DNA of 64,000 nt, from sequence record NC_048045.1; one strand, 5' to 3'. The translations under genes and the position numbers were made by a program. Shown here in pieces: positions 36,938 to 48,598 of this stretch; the first letter of the stretch is position 1, and each line of letters starts with the position of its first letter. A model generated the notes under the pieces. That model was not told the origin of the DNA, searched no databases, and saw only the letters and a program-made list of their open reading frames with translations.

Positions 36938-36973
36938 TTCTCCCCGTCCGCCCTCTCGTAAAGGTCTCCCGCG

Positions 36974-39900
36974 TTGGTCGATCTCGTCGCCGGCACGCCT
37001 GCTACCGTTGCCTATACCGGCAGCGCGGTGGACTATGTCGTCAAGGCGAAGGGACAGGTGGAAATCCACCTGTGGGGCGGCGCGGGCGCGGGCGGCTATT
37101 ATGCCAACGGCTCGGGCAACGCCGGCAAGTACGGTGGCGCCGGCGGTTGGTCCAACGTCCGCTTCATGGCGGACGTCAACGACATCATCACCGTCGAAGT
37201 CGGGCAAGGCGGGCGGGTTCCCACGGGGTCTGGCACGACGACCTCGGCTGGCGGTCTGGGCGGCTGGCCCGATGGTGGTTTCGGCGCGCCCAACTCCGCC
37301 GCTGCCTGGGTTGCTCCCGGCGGCGGCGGCGGCTCGACGCGCATCTATAAGAACGGTGACCTGATCGCCGTCGCGGGCGGCGGCGGCGGCGCGACCGGGT
37401 TCTACAGCGGCGGCAACGGCGGCGGCGCTTTGGGCCTCGCCTCGACCGATGCGAGTTCCGGCGCCGGCGGCACCCAGTTGGCTGGTGGCACCGCCGGTTC
37501 GGGCACCCTGGCCGTTCAATCGGGCAGCTACTTCAAGGGTGGTCAAGCCAGCACCACCAATACGACGTCCAACGCCTTCACGGGCGGCGGCGGCGGCGGC
37601 GGCTACTATGGTGGGGCCTCGAACGGCGGCGGCTCTGGCGCGCACGGCTCTGGTGGTGGCGGCTCGGGCTTTGTCCTTCAAACCACCGATGTCGCGGGCT
37701 CCTGCCGCGCCGCGCCGCAGGACGGTCTAGGCGCGCCGCTGAACCCGGCGGGCATCACCCTGCCCTCGAACACGGCTCAGGGCGGAACCGGCCCGACCGT
37801 CGCGAGCACCGGCTGGGGCTCGATCACGCCGGGCGGCGACGGCTACGTCTACATGGCGCTGACCGATGTCACTGCCACGGCCACCACGCTGTCCTCGGGC
37901 CTGACCTCGCTCAACTATAGCGGCTCGCGTCAGGTCTATAAGGTGGCTGAGTTGTGCTCGGTCGACTTCGAGATGTGGGGCGGCGGCGGCGGCGGCGGCT
38001 TCTACACCTCGGGCGGCAACGCGGCGCGCTTCGGCGGCGCGGCCGGCTACACCAAGCTCACCAAAATCCTGTACCCCGGCGATATCGTCGAGATCGAGGT
38101 CGCCCAGGGCGGTCAAGCCCCGAGCGGCGTCAACCAGACGGGCGGCGCGGGCGGCTGGCCCAACGGCGGTGCCGGTGGACGTCCGGCGCGCCCAACTTCG
38201 GCGGCGGCGGCGGCTCGACCAATATCTGGGTGAACGGGCGACTGCTGGCGATCGCGCCCGGCGGCGGCGGCTCCACGGGCTTCTACTATGGCGGCGCCGG
38301 CGGCGGGCGCTATGGTCTCCAGTCCACGGATCAGACGACCAACAATGGCACCGGCGGGACCTGGGGCGGCATCAACCTCGTCTCCAGCCAGGGTCGCGGC
38401 TATTTCCTGCAAGGCGGCCACGGCTCGCCGATTGAATCCCCGACCATTGCCATCGCCACGGCGGGCGCTGGCGGCGGCGGCGGCTACTATGGCGGCGGCG
38501 GCGCCAAGGGCGGCTCGGGCACGCATGGCTCGGGCGGCGGCGGCTGCGGCTACGTCTCGGGCGACAACACCTATAACCGCGTCATGCAGCAGGGCACGCC
38601 CAACACCGGCGCGCCCTACGATCCCGGCACCAAGCCGGCCGGCGTCGGCGTCGGCGGCACGGGCGGCAACTCGGCGGGGACGACCACCGCCGGCGGCGAC
38701 GGCGCCTGCCTGATCACCAAGACCAACATCACCGGCCTTGCGAACCTGCCGACCGGCAAGACGGTCTTCAGCTTTTCCAACGCGCCTGAACACTATGTCG
38801 CCGCCACCGACGGCGTCATGGCCCTGAAGGTTTGGGGCGGAGGCGGGGCTGGCTGCGTCCGTTCGACGGGCACCCTGCGTCGCGGCGGCGGCGGCGGCTT
38901 CTTCAAGATCGACCTGATCAAGGTCAACCAGGGCGACATCGTCACCTTCGTCGTGGGCGAGGGCGCCAAGGGCATGCCCGGCGCTAACCTGGGCGGTCGC
39001 GGCGGTTTCCCGAACGGCGAGGGCGGCAATGCCGGTGACGCGACCGGCGGCAACGGCGGCGGCGGTGGCTCCTCGCACGTCTATCTGAACGGCGTGCTCG
39101 TGGGCGTCGCGGGCGGCGGCGGCGGCGGCGCAATCTCGTTTGATGGCCAGACGGCGGGCTATGCCGGCTATCCCCCGAGCGGCGATGGTTTCGACAAGAG
39201 CGGGGCCTCGCTCTTCGCCGGCGGCTACTCGCCCCAGCGCGGCGCGGAAGGCAACAACCGTGGCGTCTTCATGCTGGGCGGCATGGGGCAAGTCGACGGC
39301 AACCTGACCATCGACACGCCCAACAACCTCTGCGGCGGCGGCGGCGGCGGCGGGTACTGGGGCGGCGCGGGGGCGGTTCCGCTCAACTCGCGCTTCCAGG
39401 GCGGCGGCGCCGGCACCACCTTCATCAATTCCGACTATGTGGGCACCCAGCAGGCCGGCACCACCAGCGGCACCAACATCACCGACGCCGACTGGGGCTC
39501 GTCGGCCAGCGTTGGGGGCCAGGGCTCGAACACGGTCGGCAGCAGCGTCACCGCCGGTGGGCATGGCCGCATCGTCTGCCAGTTCGATATCCCGACTCTG
39601 CTGAACGAGAGCGCCAGTTCCAACGTCACGCCGACGAGCGCCGTCCAGACCTACATGGCGGGCGCGGACGGCACCTTCACGCTGAAGGCCTGGGGCGGCG
39701 GCGGCGGCGGTTCGATGATGTCCTCCAACGGCGGCGCCGAGCTTGCCGGCGGCGGCGGCTATGCGACCGCGACGCTCGACCTCAAGAAGGGTCAGATCGT
39801 CCGCTTCTACAATGGGCGCGGCGGCGGCGGGGCCAACTATACCAGCGGCGCGGGCGGTGCCTATGTCGGCACGGGCGGCACGGGCGGGTGGCCCGACGGC

Positions 39901-42900
39901 GGCACGGGCGGCATGCACGTCTCGGGCATCTTCGGCGGTGGTGGCGGCTCCTCGCGCGTCTATGTCGACGACAACTTGGTCCTTGTGGCGGGCGGCGGCG
40001 GCGGCCTGGGGATCGCGACGGCAACGACGACGCCCGGCGGCGGCGGCGGCCTCACGGGCGGCAATTCCGATACGGTCACGGTGTTCAACACCGGCGGCTC
40101 GGCCTCTCGCGGTGGCGTGAATACCGGCCGGCCGACCGATACCAGCACCACCGGCGGGCCGTTCCAGGGCGGCAACGGCTATCTGGTCGGCAGCACGTCG
40201 GGGACCAGCAACATCAGCCACGGCGGCGGCGGCGGCGGCGGCCTTTATGGCGGCTCCGGCTCGGGCTCGACCAACAGTTCCTCGACGGGCTGGTTGGGCG
40301 GCGCGGGCGGCTCCGGTTTCATCGCCGACGGCAAGGGTGTCCTGGCCGACGACTGGCTGCGCGACTATGTCGCCCTGCAATATAGCTGGGAGACGTCGGG
40401 CGACGTCGCCGATGACGCGCGTGCGGTGAATACGCAGCTTCTCGACACCGTGCCGACCACGACGACCTCGGGACCCAAGTTTGGTACCAAGTGCCTCACC
40501 ATGAATGGCGGTCACTTGACCGCGACCATCCCGGCGATTGGAACCCAGGACTTCACCCTGGAGGGCTGGTTCAACCCCTCGTCGCTGGCGACCGGGGTCA
40601 TGATGATCATCGGCGACCAGAGCATCAACGGCCTGTCGCTGCACTACTATCCCAGCGCCACGGTCCTGGCTCTGCGCTACAACAACACCGCTGGCGACGG
40701 CTCGGCTGACTACAAGTACACCGACAGCGCGCGCGCCGCGAACGTCTGGGCGCACTACGCGGTCGTGCGCGACTCCGCCGGCACGCGCGTCTATAAGGAT
40801 GGCATCCTGGTCACGACGGTGACCGGCTCGCCACTGAACATCACCGCCAACACCCTGACGCTGGGCAACTACCGCGCGATCGCGGGCGCCAGTACGCGGT
40901 TCGTCGGCAAGATCGACGAAGTCCGTTTGACGGTTGGCGTTGCGCGCTATCGCCAGAACTTCAAGCCGGCGGCCTTCCGCAACAGCTACACGACCGGCCT
41001 GTCGGCGACCTCGACGGCCCAGGCTCCCAACACCGGTACCGGCCTTCCGGCGTCTAACGGCGTGTCGGGTTATCTCGCCGGACGCGGCGTTGGCGCGGCG
41101 CTGCGCAACACCAACGGCAACGGCAACCCCGGCGGCGACGGCCAGATCAACTACTTCTTCGCCACCACGACGGTCGCGGCAGTGGGATCGCTCCCGACCA
41201 TCACCGTGTCGGGTCTCGACAGCGCCTCCGCCGGCGCCTTCTATCCGCTGCCGGCGGCGGGCACCACCGTCGTCCACTCCTACACGGGCGCCAAGTACAA
41301 CTATTCGGTCGATGACCCTGCGGGCGCGCGGATCAAGGTCGAGATGTGGGGCGCGGGCGGTGGCGGCTGCTCGGCGACCAACTCCAGCACCTCGACGGGC
41401 GGCGGCGGCGGCGGCTACACCGTCTTTGAGGTCGACCTCACCCAGGGCGATACGGTCACCGTGCAGACGCCGTCCGGTGGTTTCGGCTCCGTGAACGCGG
41501 GCGGCAGCGACGCCTCCGGGATCAACGCCGGTGGCTATCCGGACGGGGGCAACGGTTATCGCCCCGCCTTCACCGCCTTCAACGGCGGCGGCGGCGGCTC
41601 GGCGCGGTTGTGGGCGCGGGGCTATCTGGCGGCCGTGGCGGGCGGCGGCGGCGGTGGCGCCTATGGCTCGGTCGCCTACGACTTCGCGGGCGGCCCCGGC
41701 GGCGGCTCCTCGGGCGGCTCGGGTGGCTATGACGGGGTCAACGCGACCTTCCCCAACACCGGCGGCACGCAAAGCGTCGGCGGCACGGGCACGCCTAATG
41801 GGCAGAGCGGCTCCTTCTTGCAGGGCGGCGTCGGTGGCTCCACGGTCAGCATCGCCAACAATGGTCCTGGCGGCGGCGGCGGCTACTACGGCGGCGGCGG
41901 TGGCGGGGCCTATAAGGGGGCCGGCGGCGGCGCGGGCTTCATCAACACGACCATGCCCGGCTACCGCACGGGCTCGACCAGTGGCGGCTCGGGCAACCTG
42001 CCGGGCGGCACCGGCTCGCCCAACTACGTCTCGGGCATCGGTGTGGGCTCGAACGGCAAGGCCGGCGTGCGCGATGGCGGCAACGGGCGTATCGTCCTCA
42101 CCGTCATCACTCCGACGCCCGGCAACGCCTCGGGCCTGATCGGCACGGTTAACGTCTCGGGTCTGAATACCTTCGGCACCCTGATTGGCACGCCGACCGG
42201 GGCGGTAGGCACCATCAACGTCGTCGTGCCCGTCGGCACGTCCGGCCAGCCTGCCTTCCCTTCCGGCGCCCTGCCGGTCATTGGTGTTGGTCCGCCCGAG
42301 GTTATCCCTCAGGCGACGGCGATCGTCATCGTCCCGATCAACGACCAATCCTCGATCCTGGTCGTCCCGCCTGATCACGCACCGTTCGAAATCGACGGTG
42401 ACGGCGCGGGCGATCTGGGCACGATCACCGTCTCGTCGTTCAATTCGACTCAGACGGCTGGTGCCAACGCCACGTCCGCCCTGCTGGACATCACGGTCAC
42501 CGCGCCCGACGCCACGGCGGTCGAAATTCCGCCGGTCCAGGCGACGGGCGCGCTCGTCACCATCCCGGTCACTGCCCCCGAGGCGACGACGCAGGTCATC
42601 CCGCCGGTCCAAGCCAGCGGCGACATCGGCACGATCACGCTCGTTACCATCAACGGCGACGCCTCGACCAACAACAACGTCGCCACCTCGGGCGATATCG
42701 GGACGATCACCGTCACGGCGCTGGATGGCAGCGCCCAGGGCGATGATCTGGCCGAAGGCCTGATCGGCACGATCACGGTCACCGTCCCCACGGCGGTCGT
42801 CCAGCAGAGCGCCGAAGCTACCGGCGACATCGGCACCATCTCGATCTACGCGATCGAAGGCGGCCAGCCGGCCGAGGCCAGCGGCGACATTGGCTCGGTC

Positions 42901-45384
42901 CAGGTCGTCCCGCTCGGCGTGTCGGTCAACGCCAGCAGCGGCGACGACGTCAATCTCTTCGTCGATCCGGGCCTCATCTACGTCGTGGCCCCGTTCGGCC
43001 AGGGCTTCTGGATTTCCGAAGACAACTTCGTCCACGCCCTGCCCGATCCGCTGGTGGTCACCACCACCGCGCCGGACGCGACCGCGCGCGGCGATGTGCG
43101 CATGGTCGGCTCGTTCGATCCGATCGTCCTCACCAAGCTCGACGGCGCGGCGGGCGGCGACGCCTTGGCCGAGGCCTACACGGGCGACTTCATCATCCTG
43201 GTGGCGCCGCCGGTTCCGCAAACGGAACTGAACGCCAACATCAACGTGGCGATGCCGCCCCCGATCGTCATCAACGGCAATGACGCGGAAGCCTCGCTCG
43301 ACGTCACCGTGCCGTTCAGCGACACGGCGGTGTTCATCACTGGCCCCGAGGCGCTGGGCCTGGGCTTCCATGGCGGCGAGTTGGGACCGCCGATCCTGGT
43401 CACGCCCCCGGCGGGCGGCCCGGAGATCAGCGCCAACGGTATCGGGCAGATCGGCACGATCGGCATCGAGCCGCCGCGCTTCCACTACATCCCGCCGATC
43501 ACCGTCTTCCCGCCCGAAGGCGTGGCGCTGGACGCCAAGTCGGCCCAGGCGTCCGGCTCGCTGGGCACGATCACCATCGGCGTGCCGACGGGTGGCTATC
43601 AAGCCGCCGTCGCCATCAACCTGCCGCTGCCGACGATCTTCGTCACCACGCCGCAGGCCATGGTCTTCGCCTCCGTCGCGGTCAGCGGCGACGTCGGAAC
43701 GATCACGCTTACCCCGCCGGTCGCCAGCCTGACGGCCGGTGCGAACGCCAGCTTCACCCTGCCCGGCCCCATCGTCCTGACCTCGCCCGAGGCGACGGCG
43801 ACGGCCGGCACGGCGGCCTCGACCTCCGGTGCGCTGACCACCATCACCGTGACCGCGCCCACCGGCTCGGTCGCGACCGGCAGCGCGGCTTCCGCCAGCG
43901 GCTCGATCGGTACGATCACGGTCACGCCGTTTGACGGCAGCGTCTTCATCTCCTACCCCGGCTTCGCGACGGGCGCGATCGGGACGATCACGCTCACCCC
44001 GCCGGCCGCGACCGTCAGCAACGGCCGCAACCTCTCGATCGCGTTCCCCGGCCCGATCGTCGTCACGCCGCCGGTCGCTGCGCCCCACGCCGCCGTTGCG
44101 ATCAGTGGTGACATCGGAACGATCACGCTCACCGGTCCGAACGGTACGGCGACCGGCGACACCATTTTCGGCACCGGCGACATCGGCACGATCACCGTCA
44201 CGGGTGTCAATGGCGCGGCGACTGGGCGCGGCCTGGGCACGGGGGCGATCGGCACGATCGTCGTCACTCCGCCGGCCGCGACGCTCACCACCGGCGCCAA
44301 CAAGTCCGTCGCCCTGCCCGGCCCGATCGTCGTCACCGCCCCGACGGGCGTGGGCCGCGTGCCCAGCGCCACCTCGGGCGCGATCGGTACGATCACGATC
44401 ACCAGCACGCCCGAGGCCACGGTTTCGGCGGGCCAGGGGCTGTCTGGTCAGATCGGCACGATCTCGGTCTTCCCGCCCGAGGCGCAAGGCCAGGGCGCGG
44501 TCTTCGTCCAGGCCACCGACGAACTCGTCGTCCAGACCCTGCCGCCGCAGGCGATCCTCTTCCAGGAAGCCACGGTCATCGTCGGCTTCCCGACGATTTA
44601 CCTTGTCTCGCCTGAGGCGATCACCTACTCGCTGGCCGAGTTCGCCTCGATCACCCTGTTGCCGCCGGACGCCTATGTGACCGTGCCGTTGCCGCTGGGC
44701 AAGAACCGCATCCGCTACCGCCGCAACAACACGGCGGGGCATGCTCCCGCGACCCTGCTGCCCAACGAGATCGCGCTCAACGAGACTGACGGCCTGCTGT
44801 TTACCCGCGATGGAGCCGGCGCGGTCAAGTCCACGCCGTTGGGCTTCCTGCACGGCGAAGGCCTGCCGCCGCCGGCCACGGACGATGGCAAGGTGCTGTC
44901 GGGCGGCATGTCCTGGGAAACGCCGTTCACCCAGTACCTGCTTCCGGTGCGCAATGCTCCGCCGGCCGGCGCGCGCATCGCCCTGGCCGAGGGTGTGGTG
45001 GGCTCCACGACCTTCACGCCGACGCTCGACGTCACCTACACCCGCCCGTTCTTCGTGGCCAAGACCATCGACATCCAGGCGCTGTCGATCGAGGTCGTGG
45101 GCACGGCCGTCGCAACGGCCGAACTAGGCCTGATCGGTTGGTCGCTCGCCGGAACGCCGGGCGCGGCGATCGTCACTGGAACGGTGAGCACCAGCACGGC
45201 GGGCGTCAAGTCCGCCGCTGGCACCGCCACGATCTTGACGCCGGGCTGGTACGCCGCCACCTTCAAGGTCACCGGCGCGGCGGGGGCTTCGTTCCGGGCT
45301 CCCACTACCCCGACGGCGATCGCGCCGGACTTCACCACCGCGCCGGGCGCGCCCGCGCCGGTCATGGCGACCCTGGAGACCTAA
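36974..45384 (+). CDS. Giant glycine-rich fibre protein (about 2,800 aa) with LamG/ConA-like domain; split by a -1 shift near 38178 (probable sequence error)
   Basis: Five WG(G/A)GG modules, LamG-like block about 40430-40960, IGTITVT repeats, Mtd_N-like motif; ORFs 36974-38233 and 37954-45384 join seamlessly if one G is added. Confidence 0.8.
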
Positions 45385-45387
45385 GGC

Positions 45388-46056
45388 ATGTCGACCGACA
45401 TCACCATGCCGCCTGACACGACGGTGTTCGCTGACGTCAAGATCAATGGCGGCGCCGGCGCGCCCGTCGATCTGGCTGACGGCGAACTCTACATCGACGA
45501 GGCGGGGCGCACGCTCTATGTCGAGACCGTGGTCGGCGTCCAACCGATCCCGCTCGACGTCGGCTATATCCCGCGCCGGCCCAGCGGTACGCCGCTCGAC
45601 CACGTGGTCACCAAGACCCCCACCGGAGCCGAGTGGGGTCCGCTCCAGGGCGGCGCGGGCGGCTCGCCGTTCGATGCGGCAGAGTTCCGCGTGCCGGGCC
45701 TCGCGCCCACGGGCCTGGACACGGTCGTACTGCCGGGCGCGTCCGGTGGCATGGCTCTCTTCGAGATGCCGCTCCAGGACGTCCTCCTGAGCGTGCGTGT
45801 ACACGCCTCCGCCGGCGCCGGCGCGGTGACCCTGGGGCTCTACCCGTTCAACGGCTCCCTGGGCTCGGAAATCTTCGCCCAGACCCTGACGTTTACCGCG
45901 CCCGAGACCCAACTGGTGCCTGTCTCCCTGGCCCTGACGCCGGGGGTGTACGCCTGGGTCTGGACGGGGGCGTCCTCCGTGACCCTGGACGCGGTCAAGG
46001 GCTCCCTGCCCTGGGCGACGAGCGAGCAGGTCCATCCCGTGGCGATGAAGTTCTAA
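45388..46056 (+). CDS. Fibre-associated protein with Mtd_N-like motif
   Basis: LADGELYIDEAGRTLYV. Confidence 0.7.
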   Translation: MSTDITMPPDTTVFADVKINGGAGAPVDLADGELYIDEAGRTLYVETVVGVQPIPLDVGYIPRRPSGTPLDHVVTKTPTGAEWGPLQGGAGGSPFDAAEFRVPGLAPTGLDTVVLPGASGGMALFEMPLQDVLLSVRVHASAGAGAVTLGLYPFNGSLGSEIFAQTLTFTAPETQLVPVSLALTPGVYAWVWTGASSVTLDAVKGSLPWATSEQVHPVAMKF

Positions 46057-46832
46057 TGGCCATCCAGAACCCCCACTCCACCACGCCGGGCGTCATGCCC
46101 CACCTGACGCCGGGCGAGATCGGCGTCAACAAGGCCGACGACATCCTCTGGTTCCGGTCCGAGGGCCGCCGCGTGCCGATCATCCTGAGCGATCTGGATC
46201 GGGCTCCGCCGCTCGACGGCCTGACGGGCGCGCCGCTGACCCTGGAAGGCGGACAGCCGATCTGGAACGCGCATCTGGCCCCGTCCTCCGTGGTCAATGG
46301 TCAGGTCAAGGTCGATCTGCCGCCGGCGACGGGCCTGCACGCCATGCCCAGCGTCCTGCTGCAAGGCCTGGGCGCCGATCGCGCCCTGGCGGCCAACGAT
46401 CTGGACCTCTCGCCCTTCTACGTCCGGTCCGACTCCATCACCCTGACCCAGTTGGCGTTCAGCGTGCGCTCGGCCGGCGCGCCGGCGATGCGGGTGGGGA
46501 TCGTCGACAGCTTCGGTGTGGTCCAGGCCGACATTCTCGTCGCCGCGCCCGTGGTCGGGGCCAATGTGGTCAATCTCTCGCCGGTGCTGACGCTCCAGCG
46601 CGGGGTCTACCGCACGATCCTGGCGACCACCGGCGCGGTGACGATCGGCGTGGTCACGGGCGCGCGCATGGAGCAGGGCTGGGACATCATCGGGGACACG
46701 CCGTCCTTCATCCACGGCTACAGCGGCTCGAAGAACACCGGCGGCGGGATCGGCAGCTTGCCGGGCCTGACCGCGCGTCGCTCCGGTGTGCCGGGGCAGG
46801 ATCATGCGGTTCTGATGCGCTGGACGGCGTAG
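46056..46832 (+). CDS. Fibre-associated protein with Mtd_N-like motif
   Basis: LTPGEIGVNKADDILWF; TAATG coupling. Confidence 0.7.
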   Translation: MAIQNPHSTTPGVMPHLTPGEIGVNKADDILWFRSEGRRVPIILSDLDRAPPLDGLTGAPLTLEGGQPIWNAHLAPSSVVNGQVKVDLPPATGLHAMPSVLLQGLGADRALAANDLDLSPFYVRSDSITLTQLAFSVRSAGAPAMRVGIVDSFGVVQADILVAAPVVGANVVNLSPVLTLQRGVYRTILATTGAVTIGVVTGARMEQGWDIIGDTPSFIHGYSGSKNTGGGIGSLPGLTARRSGVPGQDHAVLMRWTA

Positions 46833-46934
46833 CGGGGAGAACCTGATGGGGCTTTGTATCGCCGGAGGGCGAGGGACGGGTCGCTCCCCGGCGGCCCACC
46901 CGCTTCCTATAGACCGGCTCGCCTCGGCCCGCAA

Positions 46935-46980
46935 GACGTGAATCTTGACATGGTGGAAGATCGAGGTTAACCTACGCGCT
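46935..46980 (+). promoter_or_regulatory. Promoter with GANTC operator
   Basis: GACGTGAATCTTGACA-N15-GTTAACCT. Confidence 0.7.
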
Positions 46981-47003
46981 AATCTGGAGTTTCGAGCGCC
47001 ACC

Positions 47004-47273
47004 ATGGCCGAGCTTGTCCGCATCTATCACCCCGAGACGAACGAGCCGTTCGACGTGATTCCGTCGACCGCCGAACGTCTGCGCCTGGGTGATGGGCACG
47101 ACGGGCTGGTCTGGCTCTCGCAGCCCTTCGAGCGCGTCGCCGTCGAAGCCGCGCCGGAAGCCCCCAAGGGGCGAGGTCGTAAGCGCGTCAGCGCGATCGT
47201 CGAGGCGGAAGACGCCGAATCCGACGGGTCGTGGCGTGATGCGCCGACCGAGGAAGACCTCGAAGCCGCGTAA
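47004..47273 (+). CDS. Hypothetical protein, acidic with RGRGRK-like patch
   Basis: GGAG SD. Confidence 0.75.
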   Translation: MAELVRIYHPETNEPFDVIPSTAERLRLGDGHDGLVWLSQPFERVAVEAAPEAPKGRGRKRVSAIVEAEDAESDGSWRDAPTEEDLEAA

Positions 47274-47317
47274 GGCGCTTCGACTTCCACTCTGCTGAAA
47301 TTCGGTCTCAGTCCCAT

Positions 47318-47393
47318 GTCGGTCTAGCTCATGGGGTAGAGCGGCGGTCTCCAAAACCGCGCGTGGCAGGTTCGAGTCCTGCGTCCGGCGCCA
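47318..47393 (+). tRNA. tRNA-Trp(CCA)
   Basis: Anticodon loop CT-CCA-AA, TTCGAG T-loop, CCA end. Confidence 0.9.
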
Positions 47394-47397
47394 TTTC

Positions 47398-47472
47398 GCA
47401 TCCGTAGTATATAGGTGATTACAGCGCGTTGCCAACGCGTAGAGTCGGGTTCGAGTCCCGACGGATGCTCCA
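47398..47472 (+). tRNA. tRNA-Gly(GCC)
   Basis: TT-GCC-AA loop, U73, CCA. Confidence 0.9.
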
Positions 47473-47478
47473 ATCCAT

Positions 47479-47552
47479 GCGGGTATAGCTCAAAGGGAGA
47501 GCTACTGCCTTCCAAGCAGAAGATGCGAGTTCGAGCCTCGCTATCCGCTCCA
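47479..47552 (+). tRNA. tRNA-Gly(TCC)
   Basis: CT-TCC-AA loop, U73, CCA. Confidence 0.9.
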
Positions 47553-47555
47553 AAC

Positions 47556-47850
47556 TCGTGGTGAGGTGAGAACGCCCTCCTCATGCACCGCTTCGGCGGT
47601 AAAGTAGGCTCCGGCCGAAGAGATGCGGGAACAGGGGACCCCGCCACCACGAACGAAGTGCGCCCCAGGTGCGCCTCTGACCGAGAAAGCCCGCTGGCCG
47701 TGGGTGAAGCGTAGGGTCAAGCGTCTGGGTCCCCGTCCTCCAGGACCGGCGAAGGCCATATGCGCCGAATTCCTGGTCAGGATCGCATGAGGGGAGCGCT
47801 GGCGCCGGCCCAGCAGGGGAGGGTTAAAAGCCCAGCCGGCATTTTTCTTC
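47556..47850 (+). ncRNA. Candidate structured RNA
   Basis: TCGTGGTG/CACCACGA closing helix, UUCG hairpin, terminator-like end; family not recognised. Confidence 0.4.
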
Positions 47851-47860
47851 AACAACAAGC

Positions 47861-47895
47861 TTGACAGCCGTCGAGTTTCGTGAGAGCCTCTTCAA
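47861..47895 (+). promoter_or_regulatory. Promoter of the Glu/Asp tRNA unit
   Basis: TTGACA-N15-GAGAGCCT. Confidence 0.65.
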
Positions 47896-47899
47896 CATT

Positions 47900-47962
47900 A
47901 TGACGCACCTCCTGACCCGTTACGAACGCGAGGCCACCGGCCTCGATACCACCACCGCCTAA
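47900..47962 (+). CDS. Putative leader peptide MTHLLTRYEREATGLDTTTA
   Basis: ATG just after the promoter; alternative CGAGGCC/GGCCTCG pairings. Confidence 0.55.
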   Translation: MTHLLTRYEREATGLDTTTA

Positions 47963-47994
47963 AAGCGGTTTTGGTCCGAGGCCTCTTGTCATGT

Positions 47995-48072
47995 GGCCCG
48001 GTCGTCTAGCGGTTTGCAGGATACCTGACTTTCAATCAGGTGAGCGGAGTTCGAGTCTCCGTCGGGCTTCCA
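47995..48072 (+). tRNA. tRNA-Glu(TTC)
   Basis: CT-TTC-AA loop, CCA. Confidence 0.9.
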
Positions 48073-48093
48073 TCCCCAACTCCTTCTGAGCTT

Positions 48094-48168
48094 GGTGCGT
48101 TCGTATATCGGTTAATACTCCCGCCTGTCGAGCGGAGAAGAGGGGTTCGACTCCCCTACGCACCGCCA
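48094..48168 (+). tRNA. tRNA-Asp(GTC)
   Basis: CT-GTC-GA loop, G73, CCA. Confidence 0.9.
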
Positions 48169-48220
48169 GCTTCCCTCGTATCAATCCAGGTTCCCAGCGC
48201 CGGCTTTTCCGCGCGCCTGG

Positions 48221-48457
48221 ATGCACGAGGCTTCCATGTTCTTCGATACCTCCTCGCAGTCGAGCGCCGCGCTCCTGCGTCACGTCTCCACCCAATCTCC
48301 GTATGCGGAAGCGGCTCGCACCGAGTTGCTGTCCCGAGGCCTCGTTCCGCTCCTGACGCGGTTCAACGGCTGGCGCCTCGCCCCGAGCGTGCCGTTTCCG
48401 CAGCACCTCATCCCGCGCCCCGATCCGCTCGCGAAGTTCACGTGGCGGGCGGGATGA
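48221..48457 (+). CDS. Hypothetical protein (start may be 48236)
   Basis: ORF between tRNA units; GAGG SD before 48236. Confidence 0.55.
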   Translation: MHEASMFFDTSSQSSAALLRHVSTQSPYAEAARTELLSRGLVPLLTRFNGWRLAPSVPFPQHLIPRPDPLAKFTWRAG

Positions 48458-48476
48458 AAAATATTCACCACGACAC

Positions 48477-48527
48477 TTGACATCCGTTGGGAGTTGTGAG
48501 AGCTTATGGACTGTCACGGATCACGAC
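48477..48527 (+). promoter_or_regulatory. Promoter of the Pro-to-Ser tRNA unit, with a 15-bp operator variant at the start site
   Basis: TTGACA-N15-GAGAGCTT; GTCACGGATCACGAC 48513-48527. Confidence 0.65.
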
Positions 48528-48598
48528 ACTCCTCGGAGTGCAAAAGCGTGATCCTTCGTTATTCACGGCCGCCAGCGGGTGGCCAGTCGAGAGTTGTC

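Noticed and set aside
36974-38233. Programmed frameshift in the giant fibre gene
   Set aside because: No slippery heptamer; same single-G signature as two other breaks, so a sequencing error is more likely
38113-44853. 2,246-aa minus-strand ORF (also 19611-21455, 32723-35968, 55907-57697, 58812-63989)
   Set aside because: Antisense shadows of GC3-biased plus-strand genes; no SD or domain motifs
47004-47273. Attenuator leader for the Trp/Gly/Gly tRNAs
   Set aside because: Ordinary 89-aa gene, no Trp/Gly enrichment, no terminator before tRNA-Trp
47564-47649. tRNA-Met(CAT)
   Set aside because: CTCAT is not in an anticodon stem-loop and there is no TTC T-loop, despite a CCACCA-like end
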